From Octopus vulgaris (Eukaryota): 64,000 nucleotides of DNA. Within the stretch, counting starts at the first letter, position 1, and every line of letters begins with the position of its first letter. The stretch is taken from positions 43,338,001 through 43,402,000 of the forward strand of contig OX597822.1 in assembly GCA_951406725.2 (NCBI GenBank), read 5' to 3'. Under the pieces are notes generated by a model that was not told the DNA's origin, did not search any database, and saw nothing but the letters and a program-made list of their open reading frames with translations. Below are positions 26,981 to 40,869 of the stretch, piece after piece. A program made the translations under genes and the position numbers.

Positions 26981-28273
26981 CACACACACACATATCTAAA
27001 ACATTGGACAATAACGCAACAGGCGACAATGAAATATCCGGACAGAAAGACAATACGAAGACTGACTGGTAAAGCAACAAAAAGACGGCCAGGAGAAAAC
27101 AAGGACAGGCGTTTCCTGGCCGTCTCTCCTCTGTCAAGTTTCCAGATTATCCTTACAGTTTCGGTCGGTTAAAGTTGAAACTGTTCAAATTTGGCTGGCC
27201 TCAAAAATCTAAGCTAAGAGCGTTAAATATTTTGGGAGGAAGTAAGGGCATGTGTACAACAAAGAAAAAACAAAATAAAATAAGAAAAAAAACCAAACAA
27301 AAATCGGTGAAAATGTTACTTTATTACAAATACAAATAACAAGAACCTGACAACAGGTGTCTTTCGACTAAAAGAGATGAATCAAGTTGAGTTGGCGTGT
27401 GTGCAGTGAAAACCTTAAGGCAGGAACATGATGAACATAAGCGATGAAAGTCAAAAGACAGCAATAAGAGATGCTTCGTGTCTGGTAGTCTAGCCAAGAA
27501 AGAAAGATTATGCTGGTCTGAACATCGATCATTTAGAAGGAAAGGAAAGAGGCAGAGGCAGAGGGACTGAAGAATTCGGGGGAGAACGAGAAAGAGAGAA
27601 ATAATGAAACAGACAGAGAAAAGGCACAAGGGAGATAAAGGATGAAAAATAGGTAGATTAAAAAAAGAGACGGCCAAGAAATGTCAGAGAGGGGGGAGCA
27701 AGGGAATGAAAGGAGGAAAAAAAAGAAGAAAGTATGAAGAAAGAAAAAAGAAGAAAGTAGGAAGGAAGAAAAAAGAAGGAAAGATGAGGGGTACTAAAAG
27801 GAGTAAAATGTCTTACAGAATTTAGGTACGTGGAAGGTGTTCATGAAATAAAATATTATCATAGTCGAAATAGTTAGTGATAATGTGATAATGTTAATGT
27901 AATAAGTTTTCATTCAATGTTAATCGGCAGAAGGATATTTTGTAAAATGAATTAGGAGGTAAATCCATTTACTTAGCCATATATACATATATACATATAT
28001 ACATATATCTATATATACATACATACACACACACACATATATATATACATACACACACAGACACAGACAGACAGACAGACAGACAGACACACACACACAC
28101 ATATATATATATATACATAGGTATGTTCAAAACTCATACATGTTCATATATATTTGAATATATATAAGTTGTGAACATATATATATATATAATCGGCTAT
28201 ATTTACATACCGAATTCTACCAGTAAATAATTGGGGTTTTTTTAAAAGCCATTATAGAAATTATTTACTCTTA

Positions 28274-28307
<34 letters not shown>

Positions 28308-28308
<1 letters not shown>

Positions 28309-28686
28309 TCTTTTACTTGTTTCAGTCATTTGACTGCGGCCATGCTGGAGCACCGCCTTTAATCGAGCAACTCAACCCCAGGACTTATTCTTTTGTAAGC
28401 CCAGTACTTATTCTATCGGTCTCTTTTGCCGAACCGCTAAGTAACGGCGACGTAAACACACCAGCATCGGTTGTCAGGCAATGCTAGGGGGACAAACACA
28501 GACACACAAACATACACGCACACACACATATATATATACGACGGGCTTCTTTCAGTTTCCGTGTACCAAATCCACTCACAAGGCATTGGTCGGCCCGGGG
28601 CTATAGCAGAAGACACCTGCCCAAGGTGCCACGCAGTGGGACTGAACCCGAAACAATGTGGTTGGTTAGCAAGCTACTTACCACAC
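28308..28686 (-). mobile_element. Near full-length SINE family B
   Basis: Head, internal microsatellite and LINE-like 3' tail. Further copies at about 35515-35675, 42880-43262, 50672-51030, 53195-53535 (+) and 61985-62385. Confidence 0.88.
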
Positions 28687-28904
28687 ACAAATAAGAAAAT
28701 GGAGAAACAATTTAGTTGGTTCATCAGCTTTCAGATATTAGGATGTTGACTTATTTAATCATCTAACGAAAGTGAGAACCTTAATAGCATACATATATAC
28801 ATTATAATTCAATATATATAAGATAAGAATACAATTATAAAAATTATATTGGATAAATATTATCGCTTAGTAGGTTTGATCCATAACCCCTAACTTACTT
28901 GGTG

Positions 28905-28978
<74 letters not shown>

Positions 28979-29021
28979 GGGTATGTTCAAAACTTATATA
29001 GAAGCAAAATAGAACGGGACA

Positions 29022-29541
29022 TAAAATTTTTTCCCGCGAGAGTTCCGGACCCCAGTCGTGAACTGATTTGTAACAGCCAATCAGAGCTCACCTTGATCTT
29101 GTCAAGTTAACAAACACTCTACCAAGTAAAATCAAGACGAAGAATGGAGTTGTAAGTCGACCGATCGCCAAGTTATGCTTGACTTTAGCAGACAAGTAAT
29201 TAGATAGATTTGCATCTATACCTATTATCGGATTTTGTTAGGGCCCCATATGGTAAAGATGTGGACGGGATAAATGTGGGTAGAGGGTGATGTGCTGGCA
29301 ATTCTCTCCCCTTATTGTTTTAAAAAGTTAACAACCCAACTACGCAGTGGTTGAAACAAGAAGAAGAACAAGCATTAATAAAAGAGAAATGAAGCAGGGT
29401 CATTCCTTACCCAAGTGACCTTATCTTATCGCTCATCATTCGTTATGCGCTCATAAATTAGTTTGATAGTTGAGCTCTGATTGGTTGTATGCAAATGAGT
29501 TCATAACTGGGGTCCGGAACTTTCGCGAGAAACAAATTTTC
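29022..29541. mobile_element. Non-autonomous TIR element (about 70-bp TIRs, putative 10-bp TSD; Mutator-like)
   Basis: CGCGAGAGTTCCGGACCCCAGT...CCAATCAGAGCTCA and its reverse complement at 29471-29540; flanks GAACGGGACA and GAACGGCACA. Confidence 0.6.
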
Positions 29542-29655
29542 GAACGGCACAAACGGAAAATATGCACATTGAATGTCGCTAAATCCTCGTCAGTTCTCAT
29601 CCAAAGGATCATGAAAATTTAAGATGGATAGATAGACAGACAGGCAGATAGATAA

Positions 29656-29734
<79 letters not shown>

Positions 29735-29961
29735 TCGTGAGGTGATTTGGTAAGCGTGAAACGATTGGTGTATATATACAAAGGAATTGAAAAACAAACA
29801 TCAGAATATTTAAAATTTTATGTGTTCAAATGAACAGGCTGATGGTCGTATCCATGGATACGAACATCTATATATGTATTTGTCTTTGCTAAAAGAATGT
29901 TTGCGAACATGCATCTATAATCATGTGTGAGTATCTAAGTAATATGGATGTGAGATCCGTG

Positions 29962-30010
<49 letters not shown>

Positions 30011-30242
30011 TTGCATATGTGTGAGTGCGCGCACGGGTTTTTTACTCTCTCTCTACTTTACGCACTTATAGAGAAAGTTATTGAGAGGGAGAGGGTAAAA
30101 TGCGCATTCATATAAACACACACACGTATACATACCTGCATACACACATACATACACACATGCGCACACAAGCACATATACACACACATATATGTATATA
30201 TGTGTGCATATATATATATACGGATATATATGGGTATATATG

Positions 30243-30312
<70 letters not shown>

Positions 30313-30905
30313 CGCGCATGGAAGAATACTTGCGAGCGTAAATGAAAGCGAGTAACGTTGTAGTTTTGGAGAAATTTATCTAAGTTAATCGGAGTCAAGA
30401 ATAACATTTAAACTTTGATGTTAAGACATTTAGTCTTCTGTTAGAGCAACTCGGAATATCTATGAATGCCTCTTTAACAAAAACAAACGGTTAGCTATTA
30501 TATTTATGGAAGATGGCGCAGCTGGACACAGACTTGTATTTAATCTAATTGTGAAGATTATACGGAGCTAATTATCTTGTCAAATTTTCTCGCTCCTCCT
30601 TCATCTTCCTATATTTCTCTCGAATGAATATGGTTAGTAGTAGCTGCACACTTCGGATTATTATGAGGGTATTTATTGGAAAAGATTGCGAAATCAAACA
30701 GCATATCGCTTTCTGTGGCGTTCTTATGATGGTTTCATGGTGGACTGTGATGTAAAAATTGCACAGTGCATGGAAATAATCAGTAACATTCGACAGGATA
30801 CATTTGATGAAACAATTGTAAACTAGCAATACACGTTATCTACGAATTCCGTTCGGAGATGCTTTATACGTATATACATATATATGTATATATATATATA
30901 CAAAT

Positions 30906-30993
<88 letters not shown>

Positions 30994-31141
30994 GCATATA
31001 TATATGTATATACACATAGATATGTATATATACATGTACATATATTAATATATATATACACACATCTACATATATACACATATATAAATTAATGTATAAA
31101 TATATATGTATTTTTATTATATATATATATATAAGTATATG

Positions 31142-31192
<51 letters not shown>

Positions 31193-31545
31193 GCATATGT
31201 GTGAGTACGCGCACGGGTTTTTTACTCTGTTTCTACTTTATTTTTGAAACAAACGCACTTATAGAGAAAGTTATTGAGAGAGAGAGGGTAAAATACGCAT
31301 TCATATAAACGCACACACGTATACCTACCTGCATACACACATACATACACACGCGCGCGCACAAGCACATATACACACTCATATATGTATATATGTGTGC
31401 ATATATATATATATATATATATACGTATTATATATTTATATATGCACATATGCAAACACACTCAAACCACACGTATGTGTGTGTATGTATATACATACAT
31501 ACATACATATATATATATGTATATATATACATGTATGTATGTATA

Positions 31546-31620
<75 letters not shown>

Positions 31621-31839
31621 TATACATATATTTCATATGTTTCTGTATATATGTGTTTAAACGCATAGACTTATACATATACATAGACATCCGCTAATTA
31701 GTGGAACTGTATTAATTATCACCACTAACTCTATTAGACCGTTGCTCAACTCGATTATACGTTGCCAGGGTAACCACATGAATATTATAATTAATTCTGC
31801 AATTTTAGATTAAAACAGATGAGCCATTATGAACATCTT

Positions 31840-32143
31840 CGCAACGATCGCCACCACCACCACCACCACCACCACCACAACGGCCAAAAGAGTATTAGTG
31901 GCAATAGTAGTAGTAGTAGCAGCAGTAGTAGTAGTAGTAATAGTAGTACTAGTAATAGTAGTAGTAGTAGTAATAATAATAATAATAAGGAAAATATTAA
32001 TGATAATAATAATGATAATAATACTGTGTGTGTGTATATATTTACATGTATGCATGCATACACACATATATATTTATACAGTCGTACATACACATATACT
32101 ATGCATATATATAAATAAATATATATCCATATATGTATATATG

Positions 32144-32174
<31 letters not shown>

Positions 32175-32185
32175 CCATATATGTA

Positions 32186-32230
<45 letters not shown>

Positions 32231-32233
32231 GCA

Positions 32234-32265
<32 letters not shown>

Positions 32266-32341
32266 CAACCATACATAATCATATATACATATGTATATAT
32301 ATACATATATATATATACATGTATATACACATATATATGTA

Positions 32342-32396
<55 letters not shown>

Positions 32397-33210
32397 ATAC
32401 ATATATATGTATCTATATATGTAAAATCGATAACAACAACAAGTACCACAGAAATTCTCTATTTAATCAATTTACCTTATTAAAGACAAGTTATTTCATT
32501 TCTGCAAACACCATCCCCACCATAATCACAACAACAACCCCCATCAATCCAGGATCCCCCAGCCTCGCTCTCATCCCTTTGATGACGACCCCCACCTCCA
32601 CCACTAATATCAACAGCAACGGAAACAACGTCATCCCCCATCCACACCCCACCATCCTCACTATCAACAACAATAAGATCACAGACTCCATCACTATTGG
32701 CACCCTCTTCACACCAGCTACTCCCACCACAACCAACGCCAGCGCTGCATCTTTGTACCATGATCACCGCCATCCTCACCACTGCAACCACAGCCACTAC
32801 CACCGCCACCGCCACCACTACCACAAACTTCACCAAAACCGCCGCCACCACTACCACCACCACCACCACCACCAACACCACTGCCACAACCGCCGCCGCC
32901 ACCACCACCACCACCACTGCCACCACCGCCGCCGCCGACACCACCACCACAAACATTACCGCAACTAGTTCCATGTGTCGATCCACTTTCCATGTATCGA
33001 TCCTCAACCCGTCATCACGATCACGATCGCGATGTTGATGCTAATGATGATGACGATGATGATGATGATGTCGATGATTATCATTATCATCACCATCTTT
33101 GTCGTCGTCATCATCATCACCATCATCATCACCATTATCATCATCACCACCACGAACACAACCACGACGACGATCACCACCACCACCACCACCATCATCA
33201 TCATCCCCAC

Positions 33211-33260
<50 letters not shown>

Positions 33261-33590
33261 CCGTCATTATCATACCACCAGCATCATCACTACCACAATC
33301 ACCACTACCATGACCACCGACCACCACCATCACGACTTCCACGACCACAACCACAACTTCCACGACCACGACCACGACCGCAACTACCATCACCAGCACC
33401 AGCATCAGCACCTCCGCCATTATCATCATCATCATCATCATTATCCTCATCCTCATTATCGTCATCATTATTATCATCATCAAAACTGCACTCTCACCAA
33501 CCGCCACAATATCAACCATGATCACCACAACACTGCGACTTATGAGCAACTCTTATATCACCACAACCACCACCACTGTCTCCACAATAT
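31840..33590. repeat. Long mixed trinucleotide (CAC/CAT/TAG/AAT) and (TA)n low-complexity region
   Basis: Directly visible. Confidence 0.9.
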
Positions 33591-33639
33591 TCCCTTCTTT
33601 GCTAGATAAGCGCACATACTCTTACCAAAGATACCATAG

Positions 33640-33857
33640 ATATTCTTTTCTACTCTAAGCACAAGGCCCGAAATTTTGGGGGAGGAGCCAGTCGATTAGA
33701 TCGACTCCAGTACGCAACGGGTACTTAATTTATCGACCCCGAAAAGATAAAAGGCAAAGTCGTCCTCGGCGAAACTTGAACTCAGAACGTAAAGTCGGAA
33801 GACGAAATACAGATAAGCATTTCGCCAGAGCGCTAACATTTCTGCCAGCTCACCGCC
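33640..33857 (-). mobile_element. SINE family A
   Basis: Reverse complement of family core and head. Confidence 0.8.
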
Positions 33858-33929
33858 TTAGATAGCATAGATTGTTGCTGTTGGCATCCTTTTTGTCTCG
33901 GGAGACAATGGAATTGCGCATAAAATAAT

Positions 33930-34455
33930 CTAGTCCGGCTTTTACATTTTCTGTTCTGATACATCTTCTGCTGTGGCTGTGTAGTCCTATCCTGGACAAA
34001 CGCAGGTATGGAAAATGTAGCGAAGATTTTGCCTGGCTGGTTGTAATGTCATAGTTACTTGTCGTCTTTTCTTGTCTTTCCATTTCTCCTCTCTCCGCCT
34101 GTCACTCCTTTATGTTCCCTCTTTTACGGTACGTCGTTAATCTCCACGGTTGCTGGCAACTGCTTCCCAGTTGCTAATATTGATGTCGTAGGCCTTCATG
34201 TCCCTTTTGCAAACATCCTTGTATCGTAAGAACGGTCTTCCCACAGACGTACTGCCCCTAGAATATTCTCTCCGTAGAATATGTCCTTGGTGATTCCGCC
34301 ATCTTCCATACGGCTAACATGTCCAAGCCATCTCATACATATTTGTGTGAGGAGTGCAAACATGCTTGGTATTCTTGCTTGCTTGATGACATCTTTGTTG
34401 GAGACATGATTCTGCCATTTGATGCCAAATATTTTCTGGAGGCAGCGCAGGTGAA
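33930..34455 (-). mobile_element. RTE-clade LINE 3' fragment
   Basis: Minus-strand translation: WLGHVSRMEDG..KDIFYGE..GRPFLRYKDVCKRDMKA..SRIGLHSHSRRC. Confidence 0.8.
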
Positions 34456-34842
34456 ATATATATATATATATATATATATAGATATATATATATATGGGTG
34501 TGTGTGATTGTGTATAGAAGAATATATTAATAAAAAGAATTCCAACCTTGTCTGATTTTCACGTTTTATTTACAATCTTATAATGATATATTATAAGATA
34601 ATATATTATAATTGAATAAAATAAAATGAAATAGTAGAATGTTAAATATTCATTCTGATTGAACTAGTACTTTCATGCATTGAATTCTGCAATCTTCGGG
34701 TTCATGTAGTAGTGTTGACAGTCATGCTTCACAATTTTTGACTGTAGCAAGATGAGTGATTCTGTGCTATAAATACACAGCTGGGTAGGCTCCAGAGTGC
34801 TAGGTTTTGCACTCTTGACCTGTCCAACAAAGCGTGATGCCT

Positions 34843-34959
34843 AAACCAATCAGCTCAACCAACCAATCAGCTTAAGTAATTGAGTGATACTACACACTGA
34901 TTGGTCAGAATACAGTTTGCAAAACCTAGCACTCTGGAGCCTACCCAGCTGTATTTATA
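34843..34959. promoter_or_regulatory. Putative Pol II promoter: three CCAAT boxes plus TATA-like TATTTATA
   Basis: AACCAATCAG twice, CTGATTGG, and TATTTATA at 34952-34959 (mirrored in the left arm). Confidence 0.35.
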
Positions 34960-35022
34960 GCACAGAATCACTCATCTTGCTACAGTCAAAAATTGTGAAG
35001 CATGACTGTCAACACTACTACA

Positions 35023-35067
35023 TGAACCCGAAGATTGCAGAATTCAATGCATGAAAGTACTAGTTCA
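35023..35067 (+). ncRNA. Minimal type I hammerhead (U4C variant); mirror copy at 34660-34704 (-)
   Basis: UGAAC-CCGAAGA-UUGCA(loop)UGCAU-GAAA-GUAC-UA-GUUCA: perfect 5-bp stem I and palindromic stem III. Confidence 0.7.
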
Positions 35068-35196
35068 ATCAGAATGAATATTTAACATTCTACTATTTCA
35101 TTTTATTTTATTCAATTATAATATATTATCTTATAATATATCATTATAAGATTGTAAATAAAACGTGAAAATCAGACAAGGTTGGAATTCTTTTTA

Positions 35197-35241
<45 letters not shown>

Positions 35242-35410
35242 CGTTGAAAGCTCGAAATGAGGAGTAGATAGACAGCCGACAACTGATGAAGGGTCGTTCT
35301 TTGTGTTACTTGTCCTGTTTTCAATTTTTATCTTGTTGTTTGAGTATTTAACTCGGTTTTTTCGTACTTCATGTTGTTTACAGCTGTTGACGTCCCGTGT
35401 CCATGTATGC

Positions 35411-35454
<44 letters not shown>

Positions 35455-35468
35455 GTATGCATACATAT

Positions 35469-35515
<47 letters not shown>

Positions 35516-37355
35516 CGCTCTTCTTTCAGTTTCCTTCTGCCAAATCCACTCACAAGATTTTGGTTAGTCCGAGGCCAAAGTAAAAGACACTCGCCCAAGG
35601 TGCCACACAGTGGCACTGAACCCGGAACCATGTGGTTGGGAAGCAAGCTTCTTACTACACAGCCACTCCTGCGCCTATCCACATATTTTCATTAAAATTT
35701 TGCTAATAGCGCCTGGTGCAAAATTCTTTATGACAGTTCTGACTTGAAACTCTGACTTCAAATGCCTCCAAGGCCAATTTACTTTCATCCTTTTGGAGTC
35801 GATAAAATAAGCACGAGTTGAGCGCTTGGATCGATGTAATGGACTCACCCACTGTCCTAAAACTGTTGGCTTCGTGCCAAAATTTTTTATTGGTTGCTAG
35901 CTTTTTGGTATAAGACAGATTTAGAAATTTCAGGGAGCCGACGCTCGGCGTTACATCTACAGACGGTATGTGTAACACACAATTGCTACCGTCCTATATA
36001 TATATAGGATTCCTCTGAAAATCTTTGAAGTAACGTTAATCGATAGGGTGCGTTGCTTGGAGACCAAGGTGTCTCTCCAAGTTAAGCTGCTACAATGAGT
36101 GGTCTTAGTTCTGTTACTACAGACGTGCGATTAGAATGTTTCAGGAGAGAATCGCAAGACAGATTATTCAAAGTGAACCAACTGGTAGGAAACCTTGGGG
36201 TAGATCAAGAGTAAAATGACTGGATAATATTCATAGTCAAACTTGGGAATCCCGCAGGGAAGTGAAATGATGTTTTCTTCTGATAGGAGATATTTGAGGA
36301 CTCTAACTACATGACCCTCTTAGAAATAGTGGAAGGTTAAAAATGGATGGCTATTTTATTATTAGTGTACGTGAACCAGTTTTCGCGTCATAAAGAACTT
36401 ACGAAGCCGAAGATCTATCAGAGTTCAAATTCAACTGAAGTCAACTTTGCATTTCATCCTTCCGGGTTCCGGGGTCCAGTCAAGCATTAGCCGAACACTG
36501 GGGTCGATGTGATCGACCAGGCCCCTTTCTCCAAAATTTCAGGCTTCGCGCCTATAGTAGAAAGGATAATTAAAGAACTGAGAGAAGGGATTATTCTTAC
36601 CCTAATTTCCTATCACAATCGATAAAGAATAAACCATAGGGTATCCACTACCCTTTTAATGTTATACAAGCATTTCTAAACCATGTAGTTATAGATTTAC
36701 TCCACTGATATCAATGTTGTTTTTCGTACTGGCAGTTGGCTTTAAAAATCCAGCCTCTTCCTACGTATCTGGCACATGAACAAAAGTAAAGCTACTCAGT
36801 TGACTAGCCACGTATAGGTTTCGAAACCAACACCCTGCTACATACAATCAGAAAGAAAATCGTACAAAAATCCACAGCATGTTTCAATGGACCTACTAAA
36901 TGCCAAGTATGCGTAGCTGAAAGATCGCATATGCTTTTTAAATCAAGAATTCCAATGCATCGCTGAATTTCAGATGATAAGTTTTCAGCAAATATAAACA
37001 TATAAATAAATTTCTTTTGGCAAATTGGGTGACACCACCGTATCCGCATCAAGCCGCAGACTTCAGACGTCACTCCTTATTATGGCTTCACGGTCAAAGG
37101 GAACATATCGCTAATTTTCACATTTTCACTTTTTTCTGTTTACTTTCTTTTTCTCTTCTTTTTACTCTTCCACTTATTGCATCCGCCTTTCACTCCTTTT
37201 TTCCTGATAACTTCTCTTGTCCTATCATCTTGACTTGTGACTTGACCATGTATTCAGAGCCTAAAGATTATTTAGAGAAACTAGGCGTGTTATAAAAACC
37301 TTTCTAAACCATGTCACTACAGTATGAAGCAATCAGTACTTCATAACCACATACA

Positions 37356-37489
<134 letters not shown>

Positions 37490-37697
37490 TTCAACTTACG
37501 TTGAAGGTCAACGAAGTTTGTTTTAGAATTGTTGAGATGTATTGAAAGATACAGATAAGGAAATAATTTAATTCTCAAACGGAGGATAATGCTGGTCGCC
37601 GACAGGTTTTTCTGCAAAATATGGAGAGTTTATCCTTTTCATGCAATATCATTAGCGTTACTCTGCGTTTGAGGATAAAACTGTTTCATTATATATA

Positions 37698-37741
<44 letters not shown>

Positions 37742-37948
37742 TTATACATGTATACATATACATACATATATATAATATATATATAACATTAAATGTGGTT
37801 TTAGAGTCAAATTTTGGCTGCTATTTCCAGCGTGGTGGTATCTCTTAGAAAACCCTAAATTATAATTTTGCTAACAATTATTACGATTGAAGGTTTTTAT
37901 TCCCATGCTGGGCACGTGATAAGATCGGTATTTAAATAACGATCTTAT

Positions 37949-38004
<56 letters not shown>

Positions 38005-38009
38005 ATATA

Positions 38010-38344
38010 CACACACAAAATTTAAAGGACTGACCGTTAAAGTGGACGGTCAACATGCTAGATATAGACGTCAAAATCGCTATTTTCCACGAAGAATGTG
38101 TTCTCAAATAAAAACTCAGCACAAACCAGAGCGTTAAAAATAAGCAAGACAAATGAAAATATACGAAATAATAACGATTAACGTGGAAAATAGCGATTTT
38201 GACGTCTATATCTAGCATGTTGACCGTCCACTTTTAGTGGTCAGTCCTTTAAATTTTGTATGTAAAAATATTTTAATCTTCGGATTTTTTAAAATATGCT
38301 AGACCACTGGTTTTAAATGATTAATATCAATTTCTACCCATATT

Positions 38345-38350
<6 letters not shown>
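38010..38350. mobile_element. Fold-back element between (TA)n (arms 38010-38091 and 38181-38263, plus unpaired 3' extension)
   Basis: GTGGACGGTCAACATGCTAGATATAGACGTCAAAATCGCTATTTTCCACG and its exact reverse complement. Confidence 0.85.
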
Positions 38351-38412
<62 letters not shown>

Positions 38413-39525
38413 TATACATATACATGTATATATATATATACACAATTACTTATTCATATATACATATACATATATACATATACATATATATTGCTCAGGC
38501 TTATTTGCTACCAAGATTCCAACTTGAACTGCATTTTTAAAGGTATGAATGGTTAGAACGACCTAAACAAGAATGGCTGTTTTTCAACTGATATGGTACA
38601 TGTATAATAAAATACAAGTATAAGAAGGCTAGTAACTAGTAACAGGTTAGATTATGACATGCATATATTTAAATACGAGGATTAACTTGTTACCGGAGTA
38701 TAGATCACCAGAGGTCGATAAAAGATCAGAAATGTGCCTAATGGCTATGATATATAAAAGTATTCTCCAGTAACAGTCATAAAGTAAATTCGAATTATTT
38801 GTTGTTAGGTGCAGCTGGTTGTCGTTTGCTGATTCCAAAGCTAGACGAGAAAAACTGAGAAACGTAGAAAGAAGGTGTGAAGATAATCTCTTAAATCTAT
38901 TTCAAGATCAGACGAGCAGATGATACATTTTCCTGAAAATCATCGGCAGCCAACATTACATCATTAAAGAAGGAATGTGAAAGAGCTTTAACGGGAAGTA
39001 ATGATCTGCTCGTAGGAGGTATACGGACATGAGCTTAAAAGAAGACAGGCAGGGAATACAAGGCTATAATAACTGGAAGACAAATAGAAACAAACAAAAA
39101 GAACAAGGAATAAATATATAAAGTTGAAAAGTTAGAGGAAGATAAATGGAAGGAAGTGGTCAGTGCCAATATTAGTTGGGGTAAGGGGAGCCTACATCGA
39201 TATTTAACCGAAATTAAATTTTAAATACTAATAAACATATTCTTTATTCTGGAAACCAAACGTCGGGCTCAACAGCGGGTTCCACGTTCCACTCAATTAT
39301 CCAGGCTATTACGAAGCATGGTACAGTAGCCTCAGGACAGGCTAATGTGCAGAATACGAGTTAGACAAAAACAACAACAGCAACAATAATAATAGATAGA
39401 ATATAGATATGGTATTCAATGCTTTATAGAGAATACAAGAGTTTCAGCAAAATGCCGAAATACTAACTAGTTACAGAAACGCTTGTATGTTCTATAAAGC
39501 ATTGAATAACATATCTATCTTCAGC

Positions 39526-39586
<61 letters not shown>

Positions 39587-40869
39587 TTATGGTGGATATG
39601 ACTATGCATACGCCCAAATAGAATATATCCTGCATCATATGTAAACCGGTCATTATATCAGTATACCGTAACTTGAGACCACACTGAAGTTCTATAGTGG
39701 CATGAGAGAGAGGCCGCTAAAAGAAAGATCTCCTCCTTTAGGAACATTGATAAACGAAATAAAGCAAAATTTCCGAGTTACATCAAGTCTATAGTATGTA
39801 AATTGTGGAACGTGATACTGACCGGAAGCTTGTTGGGAAAAGTAGACCTTATATAAATGGCAGTAAAATTCATATTCTTTCCACTGTTGAGGAAAGACGA
39901 TTCCGATGGCAATAAATATAAATGACGCAAGCAGCTACAGTTACCATGAATGAGATACTTTATTCATGCAAATCAGTTGTGAGAGGGCAGAACTGTCAAA
40001 TATAAGCTTCTCCGTTTTATAATTCTTTTTATTTTCTCCTCCTTGTCTCCTCAAACTGAAACGTTGTTGCCAAAAGTAAACGAATAAATGACGAGTAATC
40101 ATAAGCACATTGCATTGGACACAAAAATATATATATATATTTTCAAGAGACATGAACAGGAATATTACTACATTCAGTATGTGTTTTCCGGAGTTGTCTT
40201 TTCTCAGCAGTGCAGTGACTACATCTTTTGCTGGCATTTGTGTAAAGTCTTCATTTTACAACATTTTCATAAATCTTTAGTTCATTCACAAATGAACGAA
40301 CTAGTTCATTCACAAGTCATCTTCCCTTGACCATAATTTATGGTTAAAAGTAAAAGAAATTGGAAAGTAAAAATTTCCAAAGTGTTCAGGTAACAAACAA
40401 AAGTAATGAGTACTTCTTTTGTGTCCAAAGTTAATTTATAAATATGTATGTATGTATATATGTATGTATGTATATATATACGTGTGTGTGTGTGCGTGTG
40501 CGCGTGTGTGTATGTGTGTATATATGCGCACATTAAAGTTTCATCCTATTTCTGCGAACACCACTGCTCTTTGGATTCCTACCTTCTAACGTCGTTGTCG
40601 ATTCATAAAATTTGAATGCTTACATCGAACATATTAATGAAAGTACACTTATCTACGGTTTCATAATTTGTATATTTGTACTTAAATTAATTGATACTGT
40701 TAATGAATATGCCTATGATGCGAAGTGATTTAATTTGATAAAAGGACTTGACTTTGAAATCTGTTCTCCATTCTTACTTTATAATCTTATTGCTCCCAAA
40801 GAGCGCTAATTAGTTGCGCTGTATTAAAGGATATACTTTTTATATACCTCTCATAACTATTCTATATAT

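Larger units (their letters stand above)
34522..35205. mobile_element. Near-perfect fold-back element (about 290-bp arms, 106-bp spacer) with a hammerhead in each arm
   Basis: Arms 34522-34811 and 34918-35205 differ only by one 2-nt indel as far as I can see; flanked by TA-rich sequence. Confidence 0.92.

Noticed and set aside
30572-30829. Non-repetitive short ORFs on both strands
   Set aside because: No recognisable homology or convincing splice-site pair.
32291-33609. His-, Thr- or Pro-rich ORFs up to 225 aa
   Set aside because: Trinucleotide low-complexity DNA is open in several frames on both strands; no domain or splice support.
35240-35410. CTGATGAAGG as a hammerhead core
   Set aside because: No downstream stem II/GAAA arrangement found in this copy.
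38700-39370. Possible restriction-like endonuclease remnant of a non-LTR element (LVGVRGA)
   Set aside because: Too degenerate to support by eye.
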